DNA of 64,000 nt. It comes from an uncultured delta proteobacterium. GTDB lineage: Bacteria > Myxococcota_A > Polyangia > Polyangiales > Polyangiaceae. This document shows, one piece after another, positions 20,245 to 30,101 of this stretch. The position numbers and the translations under genes were made by a program. Where the stretch lies: assembly GCA_963841435.1 (NCBI GenBank), contig CAWJCS010000005.1:800001-864000 (forward strand), read 5' to 3'. Below the pieces are notes generated by a model, which had not been told where the DNA came from, made no database searches, and saw nothing but the letters and a program-made list of their open reading frames with translations. Numbering within the stretch: position 1 is the stretch's first letter; every line of letters starts with the position of its first letter.

Positions 20245-21588
20245 CTACTGAATGTTCGCGGACATGTAGTCCCAGCCGCTGTCGGTGCAGAACTGGCAGG
20301 TCGAGCCGTTGAGGAAGCCCTTGCCCGTCGCGCTTTCGTCACCCTTCAGCTGCCAGTTCAGCCAGGCCAGATTGACGCGATTGAAGTCTCCCCTGGCCTG
20401 ACCCAGATCCCCCCCGTGACCGGCGCTGGTCTTGGAGAAGTAGACGATCGGAATGCCGCGGGAGCTGATCGCCTGATAGTCGTTCAGTCCATTTTGGTAG
20501 GCGATGTCGCTGGAGCCACCGTTCATGATCTTGAACGGCGTGTGGATCTTGTCGTAGAGCGCGTTGTTCGCGCCCATGAGCCCGCTACTGGTGATGCCGA
20601 TGGCGGCAAAGCGGGGATCGCCTGAAACGTTCTCGGACATCAAGCCGCCGCACGAAAAGCCATCCGCTGCGATCTTCGTCGTCTCGAGGCTCTGGTAGTA
20701 CGCGCTGCACGACTTATCGTTCTCGGCGATGGCCCAGGTGATGTAGTCGAGGAAGGCGGCTCCATTTTGTCCGCCAGCGCAGGCTCCGGTCCCGCCCGGC
20801 GTGCCGTCGGCGACGATGAAGTATCCCCACGAGGCAATCTCGCCCATGGCCGCCTGGTTCGACAGACCGTTCTGAGAGCAGCCGCCCTCTCCCCAGACGA
20901 GGATCGGGTACTTCTCGGCGCCCCCCAGATCGGCAGGCCTGAAGATGGTGCCGCACTTGATCCCTGCCTCGGAGTTCGTCTCGATGACCACGTCGTGAGG
21001 CCCGGTGCCCGACACACTCTTGCCCGCGCTCTGAGACGCGGTGCACGTGCCACCACCGGACTTTCCAGCCGACCCCGCGCTTCCCCCTTTGCCCGCGCTG
21101 CCCGCCATGGAGCCTCCTGCACCAGCGGTGCCCGCCGCGGAGCCGCCCGCGCCAGCACCGCCCATCGCCGAGCCGCCTGCGCCAGCACCGCCCATCGCCG
21201 AGCCTCCCTCACCGGCACCGCCCGCCCCCGAGCCGCCCGCGCCCACGCCTGCCATGCCCGCGCCCGCTGCGCCCGCGCCTCCACTATCGGCGCCGCCCGT
21301 TCCCGCGCCGCCCGTTCCCGCGCCGCCCGTACCGCCGACCGCCCCACCCGTTCCGGACGCGCCACCCGTGACCGTCGAACCAGCGCTACCGCCGCTCGAC
21401 CCGCCCGTCGCGGCTTGTCCCCCCGTGGCAGCCACGCCTGAGCCACCGCTTCCAGCGGCGGGCGCACCGCTCGAGCCACCGGTCCCGTTCGTTGCCTCCC
21501 CACCACTGTCAGAACATCCGAAGCCCCCGGCGGTGATGCCCACGATACCAACGAGCAACGTCTTGATTGCCAGGCGCTCTGTTCTCAT
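20245..21588 (-). CDS. lipoprotein: Gly-rich linker + alpha/beta hydrolase (chlorophyllase/cutinase-like)
   Basis: GFGC lipobox, ~150-aa G/A/S/T linker, YPILVWGEG, GFSCGG nucleophile elbow, AGHGG. Confidence 0.8.
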   Translation of the reverse strand: MRTERLAIKTLLVGIVGITAGGFGCSDSGGEATNGTGGSSGAPAAGSGGSGVAATGGQAATGGSSGGSAGSTVTGGASGTGGAVGGTGGAGTGGAGTGGADSGGAGAAGAGMAGVGAGGSGAGGAGEGGSAMGGAGAGGSAMGGAGAGGSAAGTAGAGGSMAGSAGKGGSAGSAGKSGGGTCTASQSAGKSVSGTGPHDVVIETNSEAGIKCGTIFRPADLGGAEKYPILVWGEGGCSQNGLSNQAAMGEIASWGYFIVADGTPGGTGACAGGQNGAAFLDYITWAIAENDKSCSAYYQSLETTKIAADGFSCGGLMSENVSGDPRFAAIGITSSGLMGANNALYDKIHTPFKIMNGGSSDIAYQNGLNDYQAISSRGIPIVYFSKTSAGHGGDLGQARGDFNRVNLAWLNWQLKGDESATGKGFLNGSTCQFCTDSGWDYMSANIQ

Positions 21589-21835
21589 AGAATTCAAATT
21601 TCCTGCCGCGGTCATGCGAGTGGTCACCTTTTGGCAGGCAGAAGCCAGACCTCGACAAGGACGGTCCAAAAAAGCAACGTCGTGCCGGCACAACGCATTT
21701 GTCCGGTCACGTTGCGCCTTCGAGCGCTAGCGCTGACGCAAAACCGAAAGGCGAAGATCGTGTTTCGTCTCGGGAGGAAAGATTCTCCACCGCCCTCGCG
21801 TAAGGTGGGACCATCGGCAAAAGGTGGGAACGGAC

Positions 21836-23041
21836 ATGAGAGCGACGCTTCGTGAGATTTCTTGTGGGTCAATGCTGGCAGTCGCGGTGAGCCTCGTCGC
21901 GTGCGGGGGCGGGACGAGCGACGGCGAACCGGGCGCGAGCGGAGCGGCCGCGGGAGCGGCAGGGTCGAGCGCGGGTTCTTCGGGTCAAGCAGGGATGGGC
22001 GGCAGTGGAGCGGGCATGGGCGGCGGCGGAGCGGGCGGCGGGGGCGGCGCGGGGATGGCGGGCACGGCCGGGGCGGCACCGAGCTGCCCGACCGACACCA
22101 TCGATTGCAACGGCAGCTGCGTCGGGCTCGGCATGCCGGGCGGTGGCTGCACGGTGCTCGCCATGGCCGGCGACCGCGGGTCCATCAATCACGGCTTCGC
22201 GCTCGACGACGCTTACGTGTACTGGGTCGAAGAGGGCGGGCGCATCGCGGTCGCGCGCGTGGCAAAGGCCGGCGGCAGCCGCGAAGATCTGCTGATTCCA
22301 GACGATATCCCCTACTCCCCCAGCGTCAACTCCACGACGGTGTTCTTCAGCATCGAAGGGTTCGACGGGGCCACGTTGAACTCGATGCCGAAGGCCGGCG
22401 GAACGGCCACGGTTCTCGGCACCAACTCCGACGGGATCACGGACATCGTCGCGACCGAGTCACGCGTCTACTTCTCGCGCGAACATTTCCTCGACGGGAC
22501 CTACGAGGTCGTGAGCACCACGCCCGACGGAGGGGACGAGATCGTCCACGCAACGACCGGCTCGTTCGGAGAGAACCACACCGCCGTCAACGCGAACAAC
22601 GTCTACTTCCTCGACGACGATTTCTTCGACACCCCGAGAATCGAACGCACGGCGCTCGACGGGACCAGCGTCGAAACCGTCGTCGGCATGGATAGCATCA
22701 CGGCCTTCGTCCTCGCGGGCGATGCCGTCGTCTTCTACGAGTATTCGGGCAAGGCGTTTCTGAGCGTCCCCAAAGCTGGCGGCACGGCGAGCCTCCTGTT
22801 CAAGCCGAGCGAGGTCCCGAGCCAGCGCCCCGTGGTCGCCGCCACCGACCGCTTCGTCTACTTCACGACACCGACGGGCGTCTGGCGGGCCGGAGTGGAC
22901 GGCTCGGACCCCGTGCGCCTCCTCACGACGAGCGGCGTCGTCAACTTCATCGCCGCCGACGCCAGCGGTGTGTACCTGGCCGTGGACACCGCGGCGTACG
23001 CCGCGCCAGCGTACGTCATCAAGCTCGATCAGCCGAGCTGA
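21836..23041 (+). CDS. lipoprotein: Gly-rich linker + beta-propeller-like repeats
   Basis: LVAC lipobox; repeated D-x-x-Y-V-Y-W/F and (V/M)PKAGG units. Confidence 0.7.
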   Translation: MRATLREISCGSMLAVAVSLVACGGGTSDGEPGASGAAAGAAGSSAGSSGQAGMGGSGAGMGGGGAGGGGGAGMAGTAGAAPSCPTDTIDCNGSCVGLGMPGGGCTVLAMAGDRGSINHGFALDDAYVYWVEEGGRIAVARVAKAGGSREDLLIPDDIPYSPSVNSTTVFFSIEGFDGATLNSMPKAGGTATVLGTNSDGITDIVATESRVYFSREHFLDGTYEVVSTTPDGGDEIVHATTGSFGENHTAVNANNVYFLDDDFFDTPRIERTALDGTSVETVVGMDSITAFVLAGDAVVFYEYSGKAFLSVPKAGGTASLLFKPSEVPSQRPVVAATDRFVYFTTPTGVWRAGVDGSDPVRLLTTSGVVNFIAADASGVYLAVDTAAYAAPAYVIKLDQPS

Positions 23042-23058
23042 CCGAGTGAACGAGCGGC

Positions 23059-23439
23059 TCAGAGCCGCTGCGTGCCCGGGAGCTTCGCAAGATCACGATC
23101 AAACGTGCCTAGGGGGCCATGTCCGGCTGCCTGCGCGACCGCCAGCAGAAGGCAGTCGGAAAAGCCGAGCGATGGTTTGGCGCGAAAGTGTTCGAGCGCC
23201 GCAAGCACGACTTCCGGGTCTTGAATAGAGAGGCTCTGGTGACTGAGCAACAGTTCGACGGCCATCGCAAGCTTGGTCGGCGCAAGCCGGTAGACGGCCG
23301 CCAACACCCAGGTTGTCTCGACCAGTGCAAGGTGGGAGACCCACGCGCCCGGCGCGACGAATTCGTCAGCGCGAGCGGCCAGCTTCGGATCGTCCCGCGT
23401 GATGACACGCACGAGGACGTTGGTATCAATCGCGCGCAT
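23059..23439 (-). CDS. vapC: VapC family PIN-domain toxin
   Basis: MRAIDTNVLVR, LVETTWVL, GFSDCLL, TFDR. Confidence 0.9.
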   Translation of the reverse strand: MRAIDTNVLVRVITRDDPKLAARADEFVAPGAWVSHLALVETTWVLAAVYRLAPTKLAMAVELLLSHQSLSIQDPEVVLAALEHFRAKPSLGFSDCLLLAVAQAAGHGPLGTFDRDLAKLPGTQRL

Positions 23440-23686
23440 GCCGCTTCCGGACGTAGCGCGCACGGCCAGCCTCGAGCTCGTCCAGACTGTGCCGACGAGG
23501 CGTCACGTCGAAGAGCGCTTCATGCACGTCCTCAGACGTGCACGTGGCTGCGCGCCGCACGAGGATGCGAGCACCAACCTCCTCCCACTCGAGCACGGAG
23601 CCAGGGCCGACACCGAGCTTGCGTCTCACTGCAGCCGGCACGGAGATTTGTCCCTGAGCAGTCAGCTTGGACCTGGCGAGCGACAT
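23426..23686 (-). CDS. AbrB/MazE/SpoVT family antitoxin
   Basis: SKLTAQGQISVPAAVRRKLGVGPGSVLEW. Confidence 0.9.
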   Translation of the reverse strand: MSLARSKLTAQGQISVPAAVRRKLGVGPGSVLEWEEVGARILVRRAATCTSEDVHEALFDVTPRRHSLDELEAGRARYVRKRHARD

Positions 23687-23693
23687 TCGCTCA

Positions 23694-23709
23694 CATTACC
23701 CCGGTAATG
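23694..23709. promoter_or_regulatory. putative AbrB-type antitoxin operator
   Basis: CATTACC-CC-GGTAATG inverted repeat just upstream of the antitoxin start. Confidence 0.7.
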
Positions 23710-23841
23710 CAAGTGAGGCAAGCGGCCAAGCACCAGCTCCTCCGAACAAGACCCAGGAGGAAGATCGCGAGCCGCGACCGGGAAACCGCTTGGCGCACGC
23801 CGGCACTGGCAGTCACTTCGCCATGGCTCCAAAATGTCGCC

Positions 23842-24306
23842 ATGCCGCGACCAAAGAAGCGTCCGCCGATCCACCTGCCACCCGGCGCAGGCCGCACCTA
23901 CGCGATGGGCCCGGTACAAGCCATCTTCAAGGCGGACGGCGACGAAACGCGTGGACGCTACTCGATCTCGGAGTGGTGGCTCGAACCCTACACGCGCGGC
24001 CCCGGCGCCCACCAGCACGACGAAGACGACGTCTTCTTCGTCATCGAAGGAACGATGAGCTTCTTCATCGGCGGCACCTGGCTCGACGCACCGAAAGGCT
24101 CCCTGGTCATCGCCCCCGCCGGCACCCCGCACGACTTCGAAAACCGCACCCCCGCCCGCGCCGGCGCCCTCAACCTCTCCGTCCCCGGCGACTTCGAGCC
24201 CGAAATGAAGGGCATCGCCGCCTGGTTCCGCGCCCGCTCGGCCCCGGCGTCGCGCACCGCAAACGCACCGCGAAGGGCATCGGCCAGCCGAGCCCCGCGA
24301 CGCTAA
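23842..24306 (+). CDS. cupin domain protein
   Basis: GPGAHQHDEDDVFFVIEG ... PAGTPHDFEN. Confidence 0.88.
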   Translation: MPRPKKRPPIHLPPGAGRTYAMGPVQAIFKADGDETRGRYSISEWWLEPYTRGPGAHQHDEDDVFFVIEGTMSFFIGGTWLDAPKGSLVIAPAGTPHDFENRTPARAGALNLSVPGDFEPEMKGIAAWFRARSAPASRTANAPRRASASRAPRR

Positions 24307-24421
24307 TTCAGGTCCCCATCCGGGCGACCACCTCGCCCACCGAGCGTTCCACCGGACCGGCGAGGTGCGACCGCTCAAGCGGGGCCGAGCACCAGAGCCC
24401 CTTGGTGGGCGGCTCGCCATC

Positions 24422-24440
24422 TGCTAGCATTTTGCAAGCA
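24422..24440. promoter_or_regulatory. putative FitA-like operator
   Basis: TGCTAGCA-TTT-TGCAAGCA imperfect inverted repeat abutting the antitoxin ATG; resembles the TGCTATCA FitA half-site. Confidence 0.55.
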
Positions 24441-24679
24441 TGCCGAAGACGTCTGCTACCCTCACCATTCGCAACGTCCCGCTGCGGGTCGTGCGAAACC
24501 TCAAGTCGATCGCGAAGCGCCGCCATCGTTCCATGGAGCAGGAGGTTCGCGACCTGCTGGAGGAATACGTAGGGGAACGCGCGGCAGTGGTCCGCCAAAT
24601 CGAAGGATCCTGGGAAAGCCAGTCGCGCAGACCCTCCGCCGCGGAGGTGGAGAAGTGGCTCGAAAAGGGTAAGCGGTGA
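24440..24679 (+). CDS. FitA-like ribbon-helix-helix antitoxin
   Basis: ATLTIRNVP...LKSIAKRRHRSMEQEVRDLL. Confidence 0.88.
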   Translation: MPKTSATLTIRNVPLRVVRNLKSIAKRRHRSMEQEVRDLLEEYVGERAAVVRQIEGSWESQSRRPSAAEVEKWLEKGKR

Positions 24680-25083
24680 AGGCCGTCGTCAACACGAACG
24701 TGGTGGCGTATTTTCTACTTGGGACACCCAAGTTCGTGGCCGAGGCGCGCGACTTTTGGAACCACGCCGACGACCTCGTCGCGCCCGGGCTCTGGGAGGC
24801 AGAGATCGCAAACGTCATCTGGATGGCCGCACGCGCGAAGGTGATCACCGAGCGGGACGCTGGCGCAAAGTTGGCGCTCGCCGCACGGCTTGGCGTCCAG
24901 TCCGTCAACAATCGAACGCTCTGGCACGGGGCACTTGCCCGCTCCCTGAGCTCCGGCATCGCCGTCTACGACACGTTGTTCGTCGAGCTTGCGGCACGCG
25001 ACGGCATTCCCTTGGCAACCTTCGACGAAAAAGTCTTGAAGGCCTACCGAGACATCGCGAAGCGCCCCCGCGACCTCCAGTGA
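24676..25083 (+). CDS. vapC: VapC family PIN-domain toxin (first catalytic Asp replaced by Asn)
   Basis: VVNTNVV, EAEIANV, VYDTLFVELA, LATFDEK. Confidence 0.88.
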   Translation: MKAVVNTNVVAYFLLGTPKFVAEARDFWNHADDLVAPGLWEAEIANVIWMAARAKVITERDAGAKLALAARLGVQSVNNRTLWHGALARSLSSGIAVYDTLFVELAARDGIPLATFDEKVLKAYRDIAKRPRDLQ

Positions 25084-25140
25084 CCCGAGCGCCGTCTGCG
25101 GCTACTTGTCGGTCGCCCACGGGGATGGCTACGCCGCGAG

Positions 25141-25503
25141 CTAGCGAGGTACGGGAGCAAAGGTCCCGGTGAAGGTCGCGTGGTTGCATTGCCGTCCACA
25201 GAGCCACACCGTTCCAACACACGCGCTGGCAACGTCGATGTTAACACCCACCCTACGCGTCGAATCGAGCGTCTCGATGCTACAAACAAGGGGGAGGCAC
25301 CCCAGCGCGTGGGTGGAAAAATGCCCGTCAGGCCCTGTCACTGCGATCATCGGGTACCGACCGTCGGGGCACACGACCTTTGCGACCGCCCCGACCGCCG
25401 GTGTTCCATCATGGTTGCGAAGGTGCCCCTCGACGATGATCCCAGGGTCACACGCGGCGCCAACGAGCGGGAGCAAAAGTGCCCGAGCAAGCTTGTCGAG
25501 CAT
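25141..25503 (-). CDS. small lipoprotein, carboxypeptidase-regulatory-like fold
   Basis: GAAC lipobox; G-x-L...DGTPAVGA-x-A...TGPDGHF pattern. Confidence 0.6.
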   Translation of the reverse strand: MLDKLARALLLPLVGAACDPGIIVEGHLRNHDGTPAVGAVAKVVCPDGRYPMIAVTGPDGHFSTHALGCLPLVCSIETLDSTRRVGVNIDVASACVGTVWLCGRQCNHATFTGTFAPVPR

Positions 25504-25553
25504 CGCCCGTCCAGCCTACCAGGTTTCAAATCGGCCTTGGTCATCGGTGTCAG

Positions 25554-26804
25554 CTAGTTTTTCGACGACGCTGGCGGCACCGGGCGCGGCTTCTGCTTGC
25601 CATTGCGCGAGAACGCTCGCTCGACCGCGGCGATCGCGTCCGCGTCCGACGGCAACAGCGACCAGCCGAGGACCTTGAACCGCGGCAGCTTGCGCGAGAC
25701 CTGGGCAAACGCCGCCGGCACTCGCACGTCCTTCAGCGACTCTGGCAGGCCCGACACCTGGAGGCCGCAGGTCTTCAAGCCCTCGACGTAGGTTCGCATG
25801 ATGCTGAAGCCGAGCTCGGTGTAAAGCCCGCGCTCTTCGGACCAACGGGGGATGGCCAGATCGAGGCCGAGCGGGAGCGAGGGCTCCTCGCCGCTTCCCT
25901 CCGCGACCGAGATCTCGAGGCAGGGCTTCAGGAGCTCCGACGGCAGCTGACGCGCGGCGATGCGCAACACTTCCACGTCCGTCTTCGTCGGAAACTCCAC
26001 CGTGTCGCGCTTGACGAGGTCATACAGGTAGTGCGAATTCGACCAGCCGTTGTGCGCGGCCGTGCAAAAGAGAAAATCGGCGTGCTCGCTGACGAAAAGG
26101 AACGGGCCAATCGACGCATCGAGGCTGACGGAGTTCTCGTAGCTCGACGCATCCTGGACCGACTCCGGCGCGGAAACCACCACGTCACCCTCCGCATCGA
26201 GGCGCTTCGCGGACGCGCCCTTCACCTCGAACGTGAAATCGTTGTTGGGGATCGGGTCTGATCCGGGGTCGAACGCGGGAGCGCAATCCTTGAGGCCGTG
26301 CCCGACTCCCTTGGTCTCCTGAAAGCGGTACACGCCGCCGTCCGCAAAGACCAACGCGCCCGTGCGCTTGCCGCGCACTCTGAGCTCGGGCGAACGCCAC
26401 TCGAGCCAGAACGACTCTTCGGCATAGCCATCCTCCGGTCGCCCCCACACGATAAGGCGCTCCACGTCGGGATCCACAGCGGGCAGCGCCGTCGCGCTGG
26501 CTACCGGCGGAGCAACGCTCGCCGCGGGAGCAACGCTCGCCGCGGGCTTCACGCTCGACTGAAGAGCCTCACTCGACGACTCGGACGTTGCGATCGCCGC
26601 GTCGACCGTCAACGCCCCGTGTGTTACCGAGCCCCCCTTACAGCCGGTGCAACCCAAGGCACCGACCACCGCCAGGCCGATGAGCGTTGCCCGAGCGTGA
26701 GGGGAAACGGCCGCGCGGTGCAAGCGGGTCATGAGCGAGAAGAGACCGAGCTCCCAATCCTTTCGTCGGTAAGCGGCCCCCTTGTGCGGTTCACCTTCTA
26801 TCAT
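25554..26804 (-). CDS. hypothetical lipoprotein
   Basis: long ORF with ALGC lipobox, Ala/Pro/Ser linker and a globular C-terminus; start uncertain. Confidence 0.6.
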   Translation of the reverse strand: MIEGEPHKGAAYRRKDWELGLFSLMTRLHRAAVSPHARATLIGLAVVGALGCTGCKGGSVTHGALTVDAAIATSESSSEALQSSVKPAASVAPAASVAPPVASATALPAVDPDVERLIVWGRPEDGYAEESFWLEWRSPELRVRGKRTGALVFADGGVYRFQETKGVGHGLKDCAPAFDPGSDPIPNNDFTFEVKGASAKRLDAEGDVVVSAPESVQDASSYENSVSLDASIGPFLFVSEHADFLFCTAAHNGWSNSHYLYDLVKRDTVEFPTKTDVEVLRIAARQLPSELLKPCLEISVAEGSGEEPSLPLGLDLAIPRWSEERGLYTELGFSIMRTYVEGLKTCGLQVSGLPESLKDVRVPAAFAQVSRKLPRFKVLGWSLLPSDADAIAAVERAFSRNGKQKPRPVPPASSKN

Positions 26805-26820
26805 GTGGTAGGCGTCTCGT

Positions 26821-27468
26821 TCAGTCGGCTCCCGCCTCCACCGGCGTGAGCTCGCGCACCATGAAGAGGACGTGCACCTCGCCGCCCGAGACGAGGCCGA
26901 CGAGCACGCCCGTCGCTTCGACGTGCTTGCCCGCGGAGCTTTCGAAGCCATCCGAGACGCCGGCGATCGGCATGAGCAGCAGCCTCGACACGGGCACCGA
27001 CACCGACTCGTCCGTTTTGGACGGCGCGCCGACGCAGCTCGGCGACTCGAGCTCGAACGACCAGGCGGGCTTGCTCGGAGGCGCACCCTTTTCGTGCATT
27101 TTCTTGGTTGGGGCATGCGCGGAGCCGGGCTTGGGGCGCTCGACGACTCCGCGAAGGACGACGGTCCCGCCGTACGGCAGGCAGCCGGGCGGTAGTGCGA
27201 CGGCGGCGCTCTCGGGCAACCGAGTGCCGGCGGGTTTCGCGCTGGCGTTGGGTGCCGGCGACGCTGCGTCTGGCGGAGTCGGTGCCGTGTGTGGCGGCGC
27301 GGAGGTGGAGGTGGAGGTGGCCGGAGGTGCCGTTGCAGACGGGCCGGGCGGCGACGCTTTCACGAGCGTCGCGGGAGCGCTCGGCGAGGGGGATGCCGCC
27401 GTCGAGCCAGCTCGAGCCGGAGCGCAGGCGGAGCAGAGTACGACGACTGCGAGAACGCGGCATCTCAT
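26821..27468 (-). CDS. hypothetical lipoprotein with Pro/Ala/Ser/Thr-rich linker
   Basis: CSAC lipobox, low-complexity linker, small beta-rich C-terminal domain. Confidence 0.6.
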   Translation of the reverse strand: MRCRVLAVVVLCSACAPARAGSTAASPSPSAPATLVKASPPGPSATAPPATSTSTSAPPHTAPTPPDAASPAPNASAKPAGTRLPESAAVALPPGCLPYGGTVVLRGVVERPKPGSAHAPTKKMHEKGAPPSKPAWSFELESPSCVGAPSKTDESVSVPVSRLLLMPIAGVSDGFESSAGKHVEATGVLVGLVSGGEVHVLFMVRELTPVEAGAD

Positions 27469-27522
27469 GGCTACTGCGTGCACACATTCGATGGATAGGG
27501 TTCTCGCGCCTGAGGAGGTAGT

Positions 27523-28602
27523 CTACTCGGCGCAGTCCTTCGGATCGACGCAGCCCTCGTAACAAGAGCCGGTGTAGGAGACCACGTACGCCGGCTCCTC
27601 GCAGAAGGGCGTCACGATCTCGCAGGAGACGTTGGCCCCCTTGCAGTCCGCCAGATCACCGTTTGCGCAGCGCGAGAACTTCGCGCAACAGCCGACCGAG
27701 GCGCAGCCGCAGGTGCCCGGATCGACGAAAACCGAGTGGCACTGGCTGCTGGCTTCACACTCGTCGCGCGTCGTGATGGTCGCGCAGTCGCTGCCGCCCT
27801 CGCATTGGCCCGCGGTGCAAACTCCGCTCCCGCAGGCGTTCCCACACGCGCCGCAGTTATTGGGATCGATGTGGCGATCCGCGCAGCACGCTTCGCCGCC
27901 GGTGCCAGTAAGCACCTCGTTGCCGTAGTAGCCCAACGGGCAGGGACAGCCGCAACATCCGCAGTTGGTCTGCGGCACGATGGAAAAATCGATGCTCTTC
28001 GATTCGAACCCGGGCGCCGAAAGGACGACGGTGTAGTCACCGTCAGGGAGCTCGAAGTCGTCCGACTGGCAGGTCCACTGGCACGGGCTGCCGCCGTTCG
28101 CGTAGCAGGTGATCGGGAAGTCCGCGCTGGCCTTCAGATCGGCGATGTCGCTGCCGCTCTCCGCAGACACCGCAACGACGAAGGGCGGACCGCAAGCGAC
28201 GCCGGGGCACGGCCCGCAGCCGCCGGCGCCCGCTGTACTTCCGCCGACGCCCGCACCCGAGCCCGCGTCACCTCCGGCGCCCGAGAGCGAGCCACCTGTG
28301 CCGCCCGCGCCTTCGCCGGCGCCGCCGCCGGTCCCGCTGCCGGCCGTTCCGCCCGAGCCGCCCGTCGTGATGGAGCCGCCGGTGCCTCCGCCCGTGCCGC
28401 CGCGCCCGCCCGTGCTGCCGCCAGTGCCGCCACCCGACCCGCCCGCTGCGCCGCTTCCGCCGCTACCGCTGCCGCCGCCCGTCGCTCCGGAGTCACCACC
28501 CGCTCCCCCGCTTTCGCTCTGCACGAAGGTCTTGCTCCCGCAGGCGACCGCGAACACCAACAGGACGGAAGCCGAAAGACCGTGGGAGAAGTGGGAGCGC
28601 AT
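27523..28602 (-). CDS. Gly-rich-linker, Cys-rich lipoprotein
   Basis: AVAC lipobox, G/S/T linker, DPNNCGACGNAC myxobacterial Cys repeat. Confidence 0.75.
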   Translation of the reverse strand: MRSHFSHGLSASVLLVFAVACGSKTFVQSESGGAGGDSGATGGGSGSGGSGAAGGSGGGTGGSTGGRGGTGGGTGGSITTGGSGGTAGSGTGGGAGEGAGGTGGSLSGAGGDAGSGAGVGGSTAGAGGCGPCPGVACGPPFVVAVSAESGSDIADLKASADFPITCYANGGSPCQWTCQSDDFELPDGDYTVVLSAPGFESKSIDFSIVPQTNCGCCGCPCPLGYYGNEVLTGTGGEACCADRHIDPNNCGACGNACGSGVCTAGQCEGGSDCATITTRDECEASSQCHSVFVDPGTCGCASVGCCAKFSRCANGDLADCKGANVSCEIVTPFCEEPAYVVSYTGSCYEGCVDPKDCAE

Positions 28603-28780
28603 GCGGACCCTCATGATGCCAAGCATGGGCCGTACCAGGCGCGGCAGCGAGGAACGCGGCCTCTTTTTTGACGCCGGCGCCAAATCGGCTGGCTCAAGCT
28701 GGCGCAGGGCCGCGGACCCGTCGCGATGGCCCCCTAGAGCCCGGAGTTCCCCCGTGTTGGGCGGCAGCGAGCAGTCGCCT

Positions 28781-29740
28781 TTATCCGCTGAGGCGTGAGC
28801 TCAATCTCCGATAGAGCTCCACCGACGCCTCGACCTCGGACTTTCGAATGGAGACGCTCTCGACGTTGATGCCGATTGGCAAGTGCTTTTCGCGTGCGTA
28901 GTCCTGCACGTCGGTGAATACGCTCTCGCACAGGTCGATGGAGCGCGCCAGCGTGTCGGGAGAATGGCGCAGCTCGTTCTCCAGCCATCGCGGGAACGAG
29001 ATGCCGAGCCACTTCATGAACTCGAGCGTGCGCAAGGAGCCGCACGGCGAGAACGTGAGCACTATCGGGGCGGGCGAGCGACCGGACGCCTGCGATAACA
29101 ATGCGTAGTCGGAGAGCAACGACCTCGTGGACGCCGCATCGTAAACCGATTGCGTAATGAAGAAGCGACAGCCGGCGATCCTGCTTGGCGAGCATCCGCT
29201 GGTGCTCGTCCCCTTTCGCGACGTGCCGCTCCGCAATGGCGATTCCGCCCAGGACCAGGTTGGGAGCAGCGCGCGCGAGCACATAGGCCTCGTTCAGCGG
29301 CAAAGCCGGGATTCGCGACCGACCGCGTGGCGCGCCAACGAAGACGCTGAGGCGCCGCTCAGCCGCTGCCCGTATCGTGTCGAGCCAGCTCGAGAGCACT
29401 TCGCGCGGGTGCGCGCCCACGCATCGGTACACGATCTTCGGAATCGCGAGCTCGGCAAGTGAGTCGTGCGCGTAAACTTCAGGGTCGACGGTGGGTAGGA
29501 ACGGGAACGGCCGTGCCTGGCCGCCTCGTCCCGGCTCGTCCTGGATGTCGTAGACGACCAAGCCGTCAGGCGCGAGCGCGCGAAGGCGGGCAATCTGTTG
29601 AGCGGCGATCTCACGCAGGCGCTCGGGGTCCGTCGCTAGTTTCGGCGGCGCGATTCCGTAGAGACGAATCCCGGTGAGTCCACGGTCCAGCTTTTCGAAA
29701 AATGCATTCAACGGGACGCTCGTGGCATTGAGACTTCTCT
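28781..29740 (-). CDS. methylenetetrahydrofolate reductase-like protein, frameshift near 29175
   Basis: LYGIAPPK, DGLVVYDIQDE, RPFPFLPTVDP, GGIAIAERH, then GCRFFITQSVYD and FMKWLGISFP in the next frame. Confidence 0.75.
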
Positions 29741-29853
29741 GTCCGTCCAACGTACCAGGGCCTTCTCCGACACCCGGCACGAAGAACACGCCGTATGGGA
29801 AACGACGCATCAGCGCGCGCCGGACATCGAGGAAATCGTGGCCAAGCTCCGAA

Positions 29854-30040
29854 CTAGCGGCGTCTCCGACCCATCCTTTTTCGGAGCTGCTGGCGAAGCA
29901 CGACGAAAAGCGAGGCGTAAGCCAGAGCGTTGGCGAAGAACGCGGCCCTCATCAGCCAACCGTAGGGCCCGAGCGCCCACTCGCTGATGGTGTGCCAGGA
30001 GGGGATCGAGGTCGGGTCGCAGCGGAATCTCGGTGCCCAG
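29854..30040 (-). pseudogene. DUF998-like membrane protein fragment
   Basis: PSWHTISEWALGPYGWLMRAAFF; 5' end cut at an oriIS-like sequence. Confidence 0.55.
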
Positions 30041-30065
30041 CGCCTAGGGAAATCGAACTGGGAAA
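30040..30065 (-). mobile_element. IS91-type oriIS-like end (solo copy)
   Basis: TTTCCCAGTTCGATTTCCCTAGGCGC, 24/26 identical to the sequence 3' of the IS91 transposase at 43903-43928. Confidence 0.6.
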
Positions 30066-30101
30066 AGTGCCGTTGCGTGCTGAGATCCACGTCGTGGGTG
30101 C

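Noticed and set aside
21041-21730. Pro-rich ORFs (also 28109-28798, 51297-51764, 54177-55070, 55411-56046)
   Set aside because: They are antisense translations of the Gly-rich linkers.
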